64,000 bases of DNA. Origin: Candidatus Eiseniibacteriota bacterium. Lineage in GTDB: Bacteria > Eisenbacteria > RBG-16-71-46. Where the stretch lies: positions 128,001-192,000 of the forward strand of contig JBGAML010000002.1 of NCBI GenBank assembly GCA_044223005.1, in the 5' to 3' direction. The notes beneath the pieces were generated by a model that saw only the letters and a list, made by a program, of their open reading frames with translations, was not told where the DNA came from and did no database searches. A program made the position numbers and the translations under genes. Below, piece after piece: positions 26,363 through 37,500 of this stretch. Each line of letters opens with the position of its first letter. Position 1 is the stretch's first letter.

Positions 26363-26392
26363 GAGGTACGCCGGCCACGCGTGGCTATTCCC
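26363..26392 (-). promoter_or_regulatory. ECF-sigma-like promoter motif, copy 1
   Basis: GGGAATAGC-N9-CCGGCGTACCTC; near-identical copy at 31404-31433. Confidence 0.65.
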
Positions 26393-26614
26393 GTCCGCCG
26401 CGAACGGCCTCGCATTCGCCCGCAACCCCGGCAACGGGGCCCGGTTACGGGGGCGCCTTTCGGATACCTCCCGCCGGGGATCGCGGCTTGGTAGGTATCG
26501 CAGGTATCCAAGCCCGGGCCTCACGGCTCCGGGGCCCCGGCGCTGCCGCGTGTTCTGCACGAACGCGGCGCGCTCCCGACCTCGACATCCATCCACAGTC
26601 GTGAGGTGTCCACG

Positions 26615-27787
26615 ATGGACCACCATTTGACCGAAGAGCAGCGCACCATCCGCGATCTCGCGCGCACGATCGCCGAGGAGAAGGTGAAGCCCGTCCGCGC
26701 CAAGTACGACGAGGACGGCATCTTCCCCTGGGACATCGTGCAGGAACTGGCGAAGGTCGACCTGTTCCGCGTGTTCATCCCGACCGAGTACGACGGCCTC
26801 TGCGAGAGCGGCTACGGCGTCACGAACATGTGCCTCGTGACCGAGGAGCTCTCGAAGGCCTGCGCCGGCATCGCGCTCGCGTTCGCCGGCACCGCGCTCG
26901 GGACGTTCCCGATCCTGCTGCACGGTTCGGAAGAGCAGAAGAAGAAGTACCTGCCGCAGATCGCTTCGGGCAAGAAGCTCGCCGCGTTCGGTCTCACCGA
27001 ACCGCAGGCCGGCTCGGATGCCAGCGCGCAGCGCACGACCGCGCGCAAGGAAGGCGACGAGTACGTCTTGAACGGCACCAAGGTGTTCATCACCAACGGC
27101 GGCGAGGCCGAGATCTACACCACGGTGGCGCTCACGGACCCCAAGAAGGGCGCGCGCGGCGCCTCGTGCTTCATCATCGAGAAGGGCACGCCCGGGTTCT
27201 CGTTCGGCAAGAAGGAACACAAGATGGGCATCAAGGCCTCGGTGACGAGCGAACTCGTGTTCAACGAGGCGCGCATCCCCGCGGCCAACCTGCTCGGGCG
27301 CGAAGGCATGGGCTTCCTGGTCGCGATGAAGACGTTCGACATCACGCGCCCCGGCGTGGCGGCGCAGGCGCTCGGGATCGCCGAGGGCGCGATGCAGGAG
27401 GCGCTCAAGTACGCGCACTCGCGCCACCAGTTCGACCAGAGCATCCTCAACTTCCAGGGCCTGCAGTGGATGCTCGCCGACATGGCCACCGAGACCGAGG
27501 CGGCCAAGGCGCTCATCTACTCGCTCGCCGCGCGCATCGACTCGGGCGACACGAAGGACATCGCGCACCTCTCGGCGATGACCAAGCTCTACGCGTCGGA
27601 CGTGGCGATGAAGGTCACGACGAACGCCGTGCAGGTGCTCGGGGGCTACGGCTACATGACCGAGTACCCGGTCGAGAAGATGATGCGCGACGCGAAGATC
27701 ACGCAGATCTACGAAGGCACGAACCAGATCCAGCGCAACGTGATCGGCTCGTGGCTCATGAAGGAAGCGGGCCGCCTCGCGGTCTGA
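26615..27787 (+). CDS. Acyl-CoA dehydrogenase (short-chain/butyryl-like)
   Basis: FGLTEPQAGSD, NGTKVFITNG, QVLGGYGY and ITQIYEGTNQIQR. Confidence 0.96.
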   Translation: MDHHLTEEQRTIRDLARTIAEEKVKPVRAKYDEDGIFPWDIVQELAKVDLFRVFIPTEYDGLCESGYGVTNMCLVTEELSKACAGIALAFAGTALGTFPILLHGSEEQKKKYLPQIASGKKLAAFGLTEPQAGSDASAQRTTARKEGDEYVLNGTKVFITNGGEAEIYTTVALTDPKKGARGASCFIIEKGTPGFSFGKKEHKMGIKASVTSELVFNEARIPAANLLGREGMGFLVAMKTFDITRPGVAAQALGIAEGAMQEALKYAHSRHQFDQSILNFQGLQWMLADMATETEAAKALIYSLAARIDSGDTKDIAHLSAMTKLYASDVAMKVTTNAVQVLGGYGYMTEYPVEKMMRDAKITQIYEGTNQIQRNVIGSWLMKEAGRLAV

Positions 27788-27805
27788 ACGGCCCCGCACG
27801 CGAAA

Positions 27806-27842
27806 CACGACGGGCTCCCGGCGATGCCGGGAGCCCGTCGTG
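27806..27842. terminator. Hairpin / probable terminator between convergent genes
   Basis: Perfect 17-bp stem CACGACGGGCTCCCGGC with GAT loop. Confidence 0.75.
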
Positions 27843-27858
27843 CGTGCGGCCCGCGCGG

Positions 27859-28299
27859 TCAGTTGCCGCTGAGGAGGTGCAGCGAGAGCGCGCCGTTCGT
27901 GCCGTGCCCGGCGATGCAGTACTGGAACGTCGCGCTGTCGGCGTACGCCACGATGCCGCTCACGGCGGAGCCGGTCCCCATGGTCGGGGAGTACGCGGCG
28001 ACGTCCTTCCACGCCACGCCGTCGCCCGTGCCGCGCGTGAACGGGTTGCGGAAGTTGTCGCCACCCGCGGGGAGCAGCGTCGCGACGCCGCCGGCCGTGG
28101 AGGCGTACATGCCGTCGTTCTGGACGCCGTAGTCCTCGGCCGTGAGCTGGAACGTGTGCATGTTCGCCTTCGTCGAGCCTTCCTTCGCGCGGTTCTGCAT
28201 GGCGATGAAGTTCGGGATCGCGATGGCGGCGAGGATGCCGATGATCACGACCACGATCATCAGCTCGATCAGCGTGAAGCCACGAGAACCGCGGGCCAT
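27859..28299 (-). CDS. Type IV pilin / pseudopilin
   Basis: Class III signal RG-FTLIELMIVVVIIGILAAIAIPNF; GGAGG RBS. Confidence 0.93.
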   Translation of the reverse strand: MARGSRGFTLIELMIVVVIIGILAAIAIPNFIAMQNRAKEGSTKANMHTFQLTAEDYGVQNDGMYASTAGGVATLLPAGGDNFRNPFTRGTGDGVAWKDVAAYSPTMGTGSAVSGIVAYADSATFQYCIAGHGTNGALSLHLLSGN

Positions 28300-28344
28300 G
28301 CGCGCCTCCTCTCCGGGGACGAAGGGGTCCTGCGGAAGGTCAAC

Positions 28345-28359
28345 GCACCTCGCGTGCCA
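28345..28359 (-). promoter_or_regulatory. Sigma54 (-24/-12) promoter of the pilin gene
   Basis: Minus strand TGGCAC-N5-GTGC with correct GG/GC spacing, 45 nt upstream of the pilin ATG. Confidence 0.65.
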
Positions 28360-28602
28360 GCGGCCGGCCGCGCGCACGCCGCGGTCTCCCACGAGCGAAA
28401 TGCGCGTGAGCACACGGACTCGGCCGGCGACCGGCCACGCGCCGGGGGCCGGCCCGGCGTGCGGAATGCCCGGCCCGGGCTCGCGACCGTGCGATCGGCA
28501 AATCGGCGGCGAGCCGCGGGCGAGCCGCCCCGGCGCGGCCGCGCGCGCTGCGCTGGCCGCGCCGCCGTGACCGCGCACGGCGCTTGGTGCATGATCGCGC
28601 CG

Positions 28603-31380
28603 ATGCCCTCCTCGACGCCGCACGGTCCGACGCGCTTCCTCCCGGGCGCGATGATCGCGAATCGCTATCGCGTGGTCGCTCTCCTGGGCCGCGGCGGCAT
28701 GGGCGAGGTCTACCGCGCCGACGATCTCAAGCTCGGCGAACCGGTGGCGCTCAAGTTCCTCCCGGAACGCCTCGAGAACGACGAGTCGCTGCGCGAGCGG
28801 TTCCTCGGCGAAGCGCGCCTCGCGCGCGCCGTCGCGCACCCGAACGTCTGCCGCGTGTACGACATCGGCGAGATCGAGGGCCGGCTGTTCCTGTCCATGG
28901 AGTACGTGGACGGCGAGGACCTCGCCACGTTGCTGCGCCGCATCGGCCGCCTGCCGCAGGAGAAGGCGGTCCAGCTGGCCCGCCAGATGTGCGCCGGCCT
29001 GCACGCGGCGCACGAGCAGGGGATCGTGCACCGCGACCTCAAGCCGTCGAACGTCATGATCGACGGCCGTGGCCGCGCGCGCATCACCGACTTCGGGCTC
29101 GCCGCGATCGCCGAGGGCCTCGGCGGGCGCGAGGCGACCGCCGGGACGCCGGCGTACATGGCGCCCGAGCAGCTCGCGGGGCGCGAAGTCACCGTGCGCA
29201 GCGACGTGTACGCGCTCGGGCTCGTCTTCTACGAGCTCTTCACCGGCCGCGCCGCGTTCGACGCGCACTCGTGGGCCGAGCAGCTCGCGGTGAAGCAGAG
29301 CCGCACGCCCGATTCGCCGTCGCAGCTCTCGCCCGGCCTCGACCCGGTCGTCGAGCGCGTGATCCTGCGCTGCCTGCAGCCCGATCCGCGCCAGCGTCCC
29401 GCGAGCGCGGCCGAAGTCGCGTTCGCGCTCCCGGGCGGCGATCCGCTCGCGGCCGCGCTCGCCGCGGGCGAGACGCCGTCGCCCGAGATGATCGCCGAGG
29501 CCGGCGGCGCCGGCACGATGCCGCGCGTGCACGCGTGGGGCTGGCTCGCCGCGCTCGTCGTGGGACTGTTGGCGGTGATCCTCGCGATGGGCCGGATCTC
29601 GCTGCTGCAGCTCGCGCCGATCGAGAAGCCGCCCGCGGTCCTGCTCGACCGCGCGCGAGAGATCGCCACGACGCTCGGCTGGACGAATCGCCCGCGGGAC
29701 GAGTGGAGCGTCCTGGTGTACGACGGCCGGGAGGTCGCCGAACTCACGCAGCGCGCCGGCCGCGACTCCGTGCTCGAGCACGTGCGCCGCGATCCCGGCA
29801 GCGTGTTCCGGTTCGCGTACCGGCGCTCGCCGGCGCTGCTACTGCCGCTCAACGGCCTCGCGTGGTCGCCCTCGCTCGACGATCCGCCGGCCACCACGCC
29901 GGGCATGGTGTCGTTGCAGCTCGACGGCCGCGGCCGGCTGATTTCGCTCGAGGGGCGCCCGGCCGCCTACGACTCCGCGACGGGCGCGGCCGAGCCCGAC
30001 TGGGCGCGCCTGTTCGAGCTGGCCGGTCTCGACACGGCGCGGTTCCGCGCCGTCGAACCGCGGTGGACGCCGTCGGTGTACGGCGATCGCCGCGCCGCGT
30101 GGATCGGCCGCGGCGCGTCCGACACCACGATGGAGTGGCGCCTCGAGGCGGCCGCGTGGCGGGGCCGCGTGGTGTCCTTCCACCGCTACCCGGCGGCGAT
30201 GCCCGCACCGCCCGCGGAACCGGCCGGCCCGACGCTGGCGCAGGTCGCGTTCCCGTGGTTCGTGTGGATCCTGTTCCTCGGCCTGCTGGTGCTCGCCGGA
30301 TTCCGGGCGCGCCGCAACCTCCGCACCGGGCAGGCCGACGCGCGGGGCGGCCTGCGGCTCGCGACGGCCGCCGCGGTCATCGTCCTCGCGAGCGTCGCGC
30401 TGACGCTGCATCCGGAGAACGACGCGAACTTCATCGCGCGGCGCTTCCTCAACGCCATCGGGCACGCGTCGCTGCTGTTCGTCGTGCTCGGTTCGCTCTA
30501 CCTCACGCTCGAGCCGATCCTGCGGTCCACGTGGCCCGAGCTGCTCGTGTCGTGGATGCGCCTGTTGGACGGCCGCGTGCGCGATCCGCGCGTGGGCCGC
30601 GACACGATGGCGGGCCTCGTCGGCGGCGTCGGGCTCCAGCTCCTGCTCGCGCTCGGTGTGCTCGCGTGGACGGCGGTTTCGCACCGGGGCCTCGCGGTGA
30701 ACTTCCTCGAGAATCCCGGCGCCCAGACCGACGCCCTCATGGGCATCGCCCCCGCGCTCCGCGTCGGCGCGGGGGCCGCGCTCGCCGCGCTGCAGATCGG
30801 CCTGTCGGCCACGGCGTTCCTCGCGCTCTTCACGTCGCTGATGCGGCGGCGCGTGCCGGCGCTCGTGCTGACGGGCGTGCTGCTGGTGCTGCTGCAGGGC
30901 GGCTTCGACGGCGGGCTCACGGGCCTGGTCGCGATCGCCGCGTTCTCGCTCGTCTGGCTGGTGCGCTTCGGTCTCGTCGCACTCACCGTGGAGCTCGCGA
31001 CCCTGAGCCTGCTCCAGCAGTCGCCCCTCGTGCTGCCGGGAGCCTCGTGGTACTGGCCGACGACTGCCGTGGCGCTCGCCCTGATGGGCGTGCTGGCGGC
31101 GTGGAGCCTGCGCTCGATGCTGCGCGGCCGGACCGGCGCAGCGCATGCGGCCGACGTCCTCGCGGCCTCGCGCATGACCGGCTGGAGCGCGTACGTGCCC
31201 GGAACGCCGGCGCCGGCCGCGACGCCCTCGCCGCGCTCGCGAGCGAAGTCGCCGGCCGCGGCCCCGCGGCCCGAGACGCCGTCGCAGGCGCCCACGCAAC
31301 TCGCATTGCCGGCACTGTCGGAACTGCCCACGCGTCTTCCGGATGAGCCCGCACCGCCCGATCCGGGCGCGAACGACTGA
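28603..31380 (+). CDS. Hanks-type Ser/Thr protein kinase with extracytoplasmic and multi-TM region
   Basis: LGRGGMGEVY, VALKFL, HRDLKPSN, DFG and GTPAYMAPE, then a TM, an extracytoplasmic domain, several more TMs and a Pro-rich tail. ATG 28591 is an alternative start. Confidence 0.93.
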   Translation: MPSSTPHGPTRFLPGAMIANRYRVVALLGRGGMGEVYRADDLKLGEPVALKFLPERLENDESLRERFLGEARLARAVAHPNVCRVYDIGEIEGRLFLSMEYVDGEDLATLLRRIGRLPQEKAVQLARQMCAGLHAAHEQGIVHRDLKPSNVMIDGRGRARITDFGLAAIAEGLGGREATAGTPAYMAPEQLAGREVTVRSDVYALGLVFYELFTGRAAFDAHSWAEQLAVKQSRTPDSPSQLSPGLDPVVERVILRCLQPDPRQRPASAAEVAFALPGGDPLAAALAAGETPSPEMIAEAGGAGTMPRVHAWGWLAALVVGLLAVILAMGRISLLQLAPIEKPPAVLLDRAREIATTLGWTNRPRDEWSVLVYDGREVAELTQRAGRDSVLEHVRRDPGSVFRFAYRRSPALLLPLNGLAWSPSLDDPPATTPGMVSLQLDGRGRLISLEGRPAAYDSATGAAEPDWARLFELAGLDTARFRAVEPRWTPSVYGDRRAAWIGRGASDTTMEWRLEAAAWRGRVVSFHRYPAAMPAPPAEPAGPTLAQVAFPWFVWILFLGLLVLAGFRARRNLRTGQADARGGLRLATAAAVIVLASVALTLHPENDANFIARRFLNAIGHASLLFVVLGSLYLTLEPILRSTWPELLVSWMRLLDGRVRDPRVGRDTMAGLVGGVGLQLLLALGVLAWTAVSHRGLAVNFLENPGAQTDALMGIAPALRVGAGAALAALQIGLSATAFLALFTSLMRRRVPALVLTGVLLVLLQGGFDGGLTGLVAIAAFSLVWLVRFGLVALTVELATLSLLQQSPLVLPGASWYWPTTAVALALMGVLAAWSLRSMLRGRTGAAHAADVLAASRMTGWSAYVPGTPAPAATPSPRSRAKSPAAAPRPETPSQAPTQLALPALSELPTRLPDEPAPPDPGAND

Positions 31381-31403
31381 GACGCACCGGCGCACGGATG
31401 CGC

Positions 31404-31433
31404 GGGAATAGCGGACCCGGACCGGCGTATCTC
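31404..31433 (+). promoter_or_regulatory. ECF-sigma-like promoter motif, copy 2
   Basis: GGGAATAGC-N9-CCGGCGTATCTC, 80 nt upstream of the alpha-2-macroglobulin ATG. Confidence 0.65.
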
Positions 31434-31513
31434 CGTCGGCGCGCGCGGTTCGCCGGGCCCCGGCAGCCGCGTCGCGAATCCGCAACCTCCACCGAACGCC
31501 GAGGCGAGGCCGT

Positions 31514-34500
31514 ATGAGATTCCCGCGAACGCTCCTCCTGCCGCTCCTCCTGCTTGCCGTGGTCGCGACCGCGGCCGTCACGCCCGCCGTCTCCACGCGC
31601 CCGGCGCCGAAGCCCGCCGCGGTGACGCGGACCGGCGCACTCACGCCGCGCGCGCAGCGCTGGGCGAAAGTGCGCGAGGCGGTGACGAAGGGCCTGCCGA
31701 AGACCGCGCTCGCCGAACTTCCCGCCGTGCAGGCCTCCGCCGAGCGCGACCGCGCATGGGCCGAGGCCACGCGCGCGGCCGTACTGCGCATCGCGCTCGA
31801 AGCCCGCATCCAGGGCAACAAGCCCGAGGAGAAGATCACGCGGCTCCAGGCCGAGCTCGGCCGCGCGCCGGCACGCATGCGGCCCATGCTCGAGGCCGTG
31901 CTCGCGGAGTGGATGTGGCAGTACTTCCAGCAGAACCGCTGGCGCTTCATGCAGCGTTCGGCGACCACGACCGCACCGTCGGACGATTTCACCACGTGGG
32001 ACCTCACGCGGATCTACTCCGAGATCGACCGGCACTTCGCGAACGCGCTCGCGGACACGGCGTCCCTGCGAGCGTCGAAGATCGCCGAGTGGGACGACCT
32101 GCTCGCGGGCGGCAACTCGCCCGACGCCTACCGCCCGACGCTCTGGGATTTCGTCGCGTTCGAGGCGCTGCGCTTCTGGCAGTCCGGCGAGCAGGCCGGC
32201 GCGCGGCCGGCCGACGCGTTCGTGATGCGCGCCGACGGCCCGGCGCTCGCGCCCGCCGAAGAGTTCCTGCGCTGGACGCCGGCGACGAACGACACCGCCG
32301 CGGCCGCGTACCGGGCCGTGCGGCTCTACCAGGCGCTGATCGCGTGGCACGGCGCGCGCGGCGACACCGCCGCGCGGGTGGACGCCGACCTGTGGCGCAT
32401 CGACTTCGCCCGGAACGTCGCCGTGGGCGGCGAGGCGCGCGCGCGTGCCGAGAAGCGCTACGAAGAGCTCGCCGAACGCTTCGCGCGCCACGAGATCTCC
32501 GCGCGGGCCCTGCATGCCTGGGCGTCGCTCGAGCACGAAGCGGGCGACGACGTCGCGGCGCACGCGATCGCGACGCGCGGCCTCGCGCGCTTCCCGGGCA
32601 GCATCGGGAGCGACCGCTGCTTCAACCTGCTGCGCGAGATCGAGGCGCACGAGATGCAGGTGAGCGCCGAATCGCCGTGGAACGGTCCGCGCCCCGAGAT
32701 CGAGGTCCGCTATCGCAACCTCGACGCCGTGCACTTCCGGCTCGTGGCCTGGGACTTCCGCGCGATGGCGAAGCGCCGCCAGGGGCCGTTCACGATCGAC
32801 GACGCGGACCTCGACCGGCTGCGTGCCGCGAAGCCCGTGCGTGCGTGGGAGCAGCCGCTGGCGCCGACGCCGGACTGGAAGGCGAAGCGCGTCACGATGG
32901 CCGCGCCCGCAGGCGTGGCCCCGGGCTGCTACGTGCTGCTCTGGAGCGCGCGGCCGTCGTTCGGCAACGACGACAACCAGGTCGGCGCCGGTGTGCTGTG
33001 GGTGAGCGATCTCGCGCTCACGACGCGCGGCGCCGCCGGCGCGATCGAGGGGCTCGTGCTCGACGCGCAGTCGGGCGAGCCGGTGCCGGGCGCGACGGTC
33101 GCGTTCTGGGCGCCGAACGGCAACGACGTCCCCACCGAGCACGGCCGCGTCACGACCGACGCGCAGGGACACTATCGCTGGGCCTCCGCGCCCGTGTGGC
33201 GCACCTTCGCGCTCGTCACCGCCGGCACGCGCATGCTCGCGGTGCCGATGGAGGTCAGTGCGCAGCAGGCACGTGAATACCGCACGTACGCGCACACGCT
33301 CTTCTTCACCGACCGCGGGCTGTATCGTCCCGGCCAGCCGATCCGCTTCAAGGGCATCTGCGCGAGCGTCGACGAGACGAACGACCAGTACCACACGCTG
33401 GCGGGCCAGCGCGTGGTGGTGGCCCTGCGCGACGCCAACGGCCAGGAGGTCGCGCGGCGCGAGGTGCGGAGCAACGACTACGGTTCGTTCGCGGGCGAGT
33501 TCGAGGCGCCGCGCGACCGCCTGCTGGGCGCGATGTCGCTGATGGCGGTCGAGGGCCCGTCGGGCATGGGCACGCTGCGGGTGGAGGAGTACAAGCGGCC
33601 GAAGTTCGTCGTCGAGATGGAAGCGCCGCGCACGCCCGCGCGGCTCGACTCCACGGTGACCGTGACCGGCCGTGCGCTCGCGTACACCGGTGCCGCCGTC
33701 GACGGCGCGATCGTGCGCTGGCACGTGACGCGCAACGTGTTCCTGCCGGCGTGGTGGTCGTGGCGCTGGTGGTGGCGCCCGGCGCCCACCGGCGGGCCGC
33801 AGGAGATCGCGCACGGCGAGTCACGCACCGACGCCGACGGCCATTTCGCCGTGTCGTTCCTCGCCACGCCCGATTCGAGCGTGAACGCCGCCGACGAGGC
33901 GAGCTTCGGCTTCGCGATCTCGGCCGACGTCACCGATCCCAGCGGCGAGACGCGCTCCGCCTCGCAGTCGGTGGTGGTCGGCTGGACGACGCTGGCGGCC
34001 GACCTGTCGTGTGCCGAGTGGCAGGAGAGCGGCAAGCCGGTCGAGATCGCCGTGAGCACGCACACGCTGGATGGGCGTCCACAGGCGGCGCGCGGGCGCG
34101 TGACGATCGAGCGCCTGCGCGGTCCCGAGCGCGTCACGCGCGCCGAGACGCCCGACCGCATCGGCCGCTGGCGCGACGGCGAAACCGCGCTCCGTGCGCC
34201 CGACGCGCGCACCGACGATCCGCGCTCCTGGCCGATCGAGCAGGTCGCCGCGGCGCGGGACGTCGCGACGGACAGCACCGGCCGCAGCGTGGTGCCCGTG
34301 CCGCTCGCGGCGGGCTGGTACCGGGTGTCGCTCGAGACGCGCGACCCGGCCGGTCACCGCGTGACCGCGGTGCGCACGGTCGAGGTGCTCGACCTGGCCG
34401 CGAACCGCTACGCCACGCGGCTCCCGGACGTGTTCCGCACCCGCGAGACCGTGGTGGAGCCGGGGCACGAGTTCGTGGCCCTGTGGGCGAGTGGCTACGA

Positions 34501-37500
34501 CCGCGCGCGCGCGTTCGTCGAAGTCGTGCATCGCGGCAAGGTGGTGCAGTCGTGGTGGACCGCGCCCGGCGCGACGCAGGCCGTGATCCGCGTGCCGGTG
34601 ACGCCGGAGATGCGCGGCGGCTTCAGCGTGAACGTGACCATGGTGCGCGAGAACCGCGCCTACACGCATCACACCGCGGTCATGGTGCCGTGGAGCGATC
34701 GCGTCCTCGACGTGCGGTGGGAACGTTTCGTGTCGAACCTCCACCCGGGCCAGCACGAGACGTGGACTGCGGTGATCACCGGGCCGGACGCGCTGCGTCA
34801 CGTCGCCGAGATGGCCGCGACGCTCTACGACGCCTCGCTCGACGCGTTCGCCCCGCTGTCGTGGCCGTCGAGCTTCCCGGGCTTCCGCACCGAGTGGGAG
34901 TGGAGCGAGGTGCGCACGAGCGCGTCGTCGGTCTCGCTCGACTGGCGGAGCGGCTCGTGGCGGCAGGAGTACCGTGCGGACGGGCTCTCGTACCGCGAGT
35001 TCCCGTACGGCCTGCTCTACGGCCAGTACGACGAGTGGCTCGTGCCGCAGTCGCTCGCCGAGCGGCGGGCGAGGCCGCCGGTGACGCGCTATCGCCGCGC
35101 GGAGGTGCCGGGCCGCGAGGGCGGCCGGGCGTACCCGGCCGCGGCGCCGATGGCGTCGTCGGGCGTGCTCGCGATGCAGGAGAAGTCGATCGCCGGAAAT
35201 GCCGTGCGCGCCAAGGAGGCCGACGCCTCCGACGGGCGAGCCGATCGGGTGGAGCGGCTTTCGGTCCCCGTCGGCAGCCTCGCGACCATCGCGCCGCCGC
35301 CGCCGCCGCCCGCGCCGAACCTGGACGCCGTCGCCGCGAGGCACGACCTGCGCGAGACCGCGTTCTTCTTCCCGCAGCTGGTCGCGAACGAGAAGGGCGA
35401 GGTGCGCATCGAGTTCACGATGCCCGAGGGCGTCACGCGCTGGCGGTTCCTCGGCTTCGCGCACGACCGCGACCTGCGCGCCGGGCTGCTCGGCGGGCAG
35501 GCGGTGACGACGCGCGAGCTCATGGTGCAGCCCAACCCGCCGCGCTTCCTGCGCGAAGGCGACGTGCTCGAGTTCACGGTCAAGGTCACGAACCTCACCG
35601 ACGCGCCGCAGTCGGGCCGCGTGCGGCTCACGTTCGCGGACGCGATCACCGGCGCGCCGCAGGACGTGGCGCTCGAGAACACCCGGCCCGAGCAGGCGTT
35701 CGACGTGCCGGCGCGGCAGTCGCGCACGTTCGCGTGGACACTGCACGTGCCGGACGATCAGGGCCCGCTCACGTACAAGGCCGTCGCCGCGTCGGCGAAG
35801 TGGTCCGACGGCGAGGACGGCGTGCTGCCGGTGCTGTCGCGCAGCATCCTCGTCTCCGAGGCGCTGCCGCTGCCGATCCGCGGCGCGGGCACGAAGACTT
35901 TCGACTTCGAGCGGCTCGAGCGCTCGGGGCCCGGCAGCCGCGTGCGCAGCAAGTCGCTCACGGTGCAGATGGTGTCGAATCCCGCGTGGTACGCGGTGAT
36001 GGCGCTGCCGTACCTCATGGAGTACCCGTTCGAGTGCTCCGAGCAGACCTTCAACCGCCTCTACGCGGACCAGCTCGCGCGTCACATCGCGGACAGCGAT
36101 CCGCGCATCCGCGCCGTGTTCGACCAGTGGAAGGGCACGAAGACGCTCGATTCACCGCTCGAGCAGAATCCCGACCTCAAGTCGGTCACGCTGCTCGCGA
36201 CCCCGTGGGTGCGCCAGGGCCAGTCCGAAGCGCAGGCGCGCCGCAACGTCGGCCTGCTCTTCGACCGTGACCGGCTCGAGCGCGAATCGGCATCGGCCAC
36301 CACGAAGCTGCTGGCCATGCAGCGGGCCGACGGCATGTGGCCGTGGTTCCCGGGCGGGCCCGCCAACGAGTACCTCACGCTCTACATCACGACCGGCTTC
36401 GGGCGGCTGCGCCACCTCGGCGTCGACGTCGCGATGGACGCGCCGAAGCGCTCGCTGCAGGGGCTCGACGCGTGGAGCGACCAGATGTACCGCGCCATCC
36501 TGCGGCGCGGGAACCCGGAGGCGAACCATCTCTCGCCGCTCGTCGCGCTCTACCTCTACGGCCGCAGCTTCTACCTCGCCGACCAGCCCATCGCGGCGCC
36601 GTACACGGCCGCGCGCGACTACTGGCTCGGACAGGCGAAGCGGTACTGGCTGCAGCTCGACTCGCGCCAGGCGCAGGGCCAGCTCGCCGTCGCGCTGCAG
36701 CGTTTCGGCGACCGGAAGACCGCCCTCGCGATCCTCGCGTCCGTGCGCGAGCACGCGGTGACGAACGACGAGATGGGCATGTTCTGGCGCGACGAGGAGC
36801 ACTCGTGGTGGTGGTACCGCGCGCCGATCGAGACCCAGGCGATGCTGATCGAGGCGTTCGACGAGGTCGCGCACGATTCCGCGGCCGTCGCCGAGTGCCG
36901 GATCTGGCTGCTCAAGCAGAAGCAGACGCAGGACTGGAAGACGACCAAGGCCACCGCCGACGCCGTCTACGCGCTGCTGCTGCGAGGCACCGACCTGCTC
37001 GCGTCGGACGCCGTGGTCGAGGTCGCGCTCGGCGACTCGCTCGTGCGCCACGATGCGGCCGAGGCCGGCACGGGGTTCTGGGAGGCGCGCTACGCCGGCC
37101 CGCGCGTGCGGCCCGCCATGGGGCACGTCACGGTGACGAAGCGCGATCCCGGCGTGGCGTGGGGCAGCGTGCACTGGCAGTACCTCGCCGATCTCGCGGA
37201 CGTGACGCCGTACACCGGCACGCCGCTCACGCTCCGCAAGACGCTGTGGGTGCGCGTGCCCTCGGCGACGGGGCCGAAGCTCCAGCCGATGAACGGTCCG
37301 GTCACGGTCGGCGACGAGATCGTGGTGCGGCTCGAGCTGCGCACGGACCGCGACATGGAGTACGTGCACCTCGAGGACGGGCGTGGCAGCGGCACCGAGC
37401 CCGTGAACGTGATCTCGAGCTACAGGCAGCAGGACGGGCTCTGGTACTACGAGGAGACGCGCGACACCGGGTCGCACTTCTTCGTCGACTACCTGCCCAA

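Noticed and set aside
26830..28602. Apparent 1516-aa kinase and other long N-terminal ORF extensions (ligA 980 aa, glpK 782 aa, pilin 640 aa)
   Set aside because: The extensions overlap other genuine genes; motifs and RBS positions support the shorter starts.
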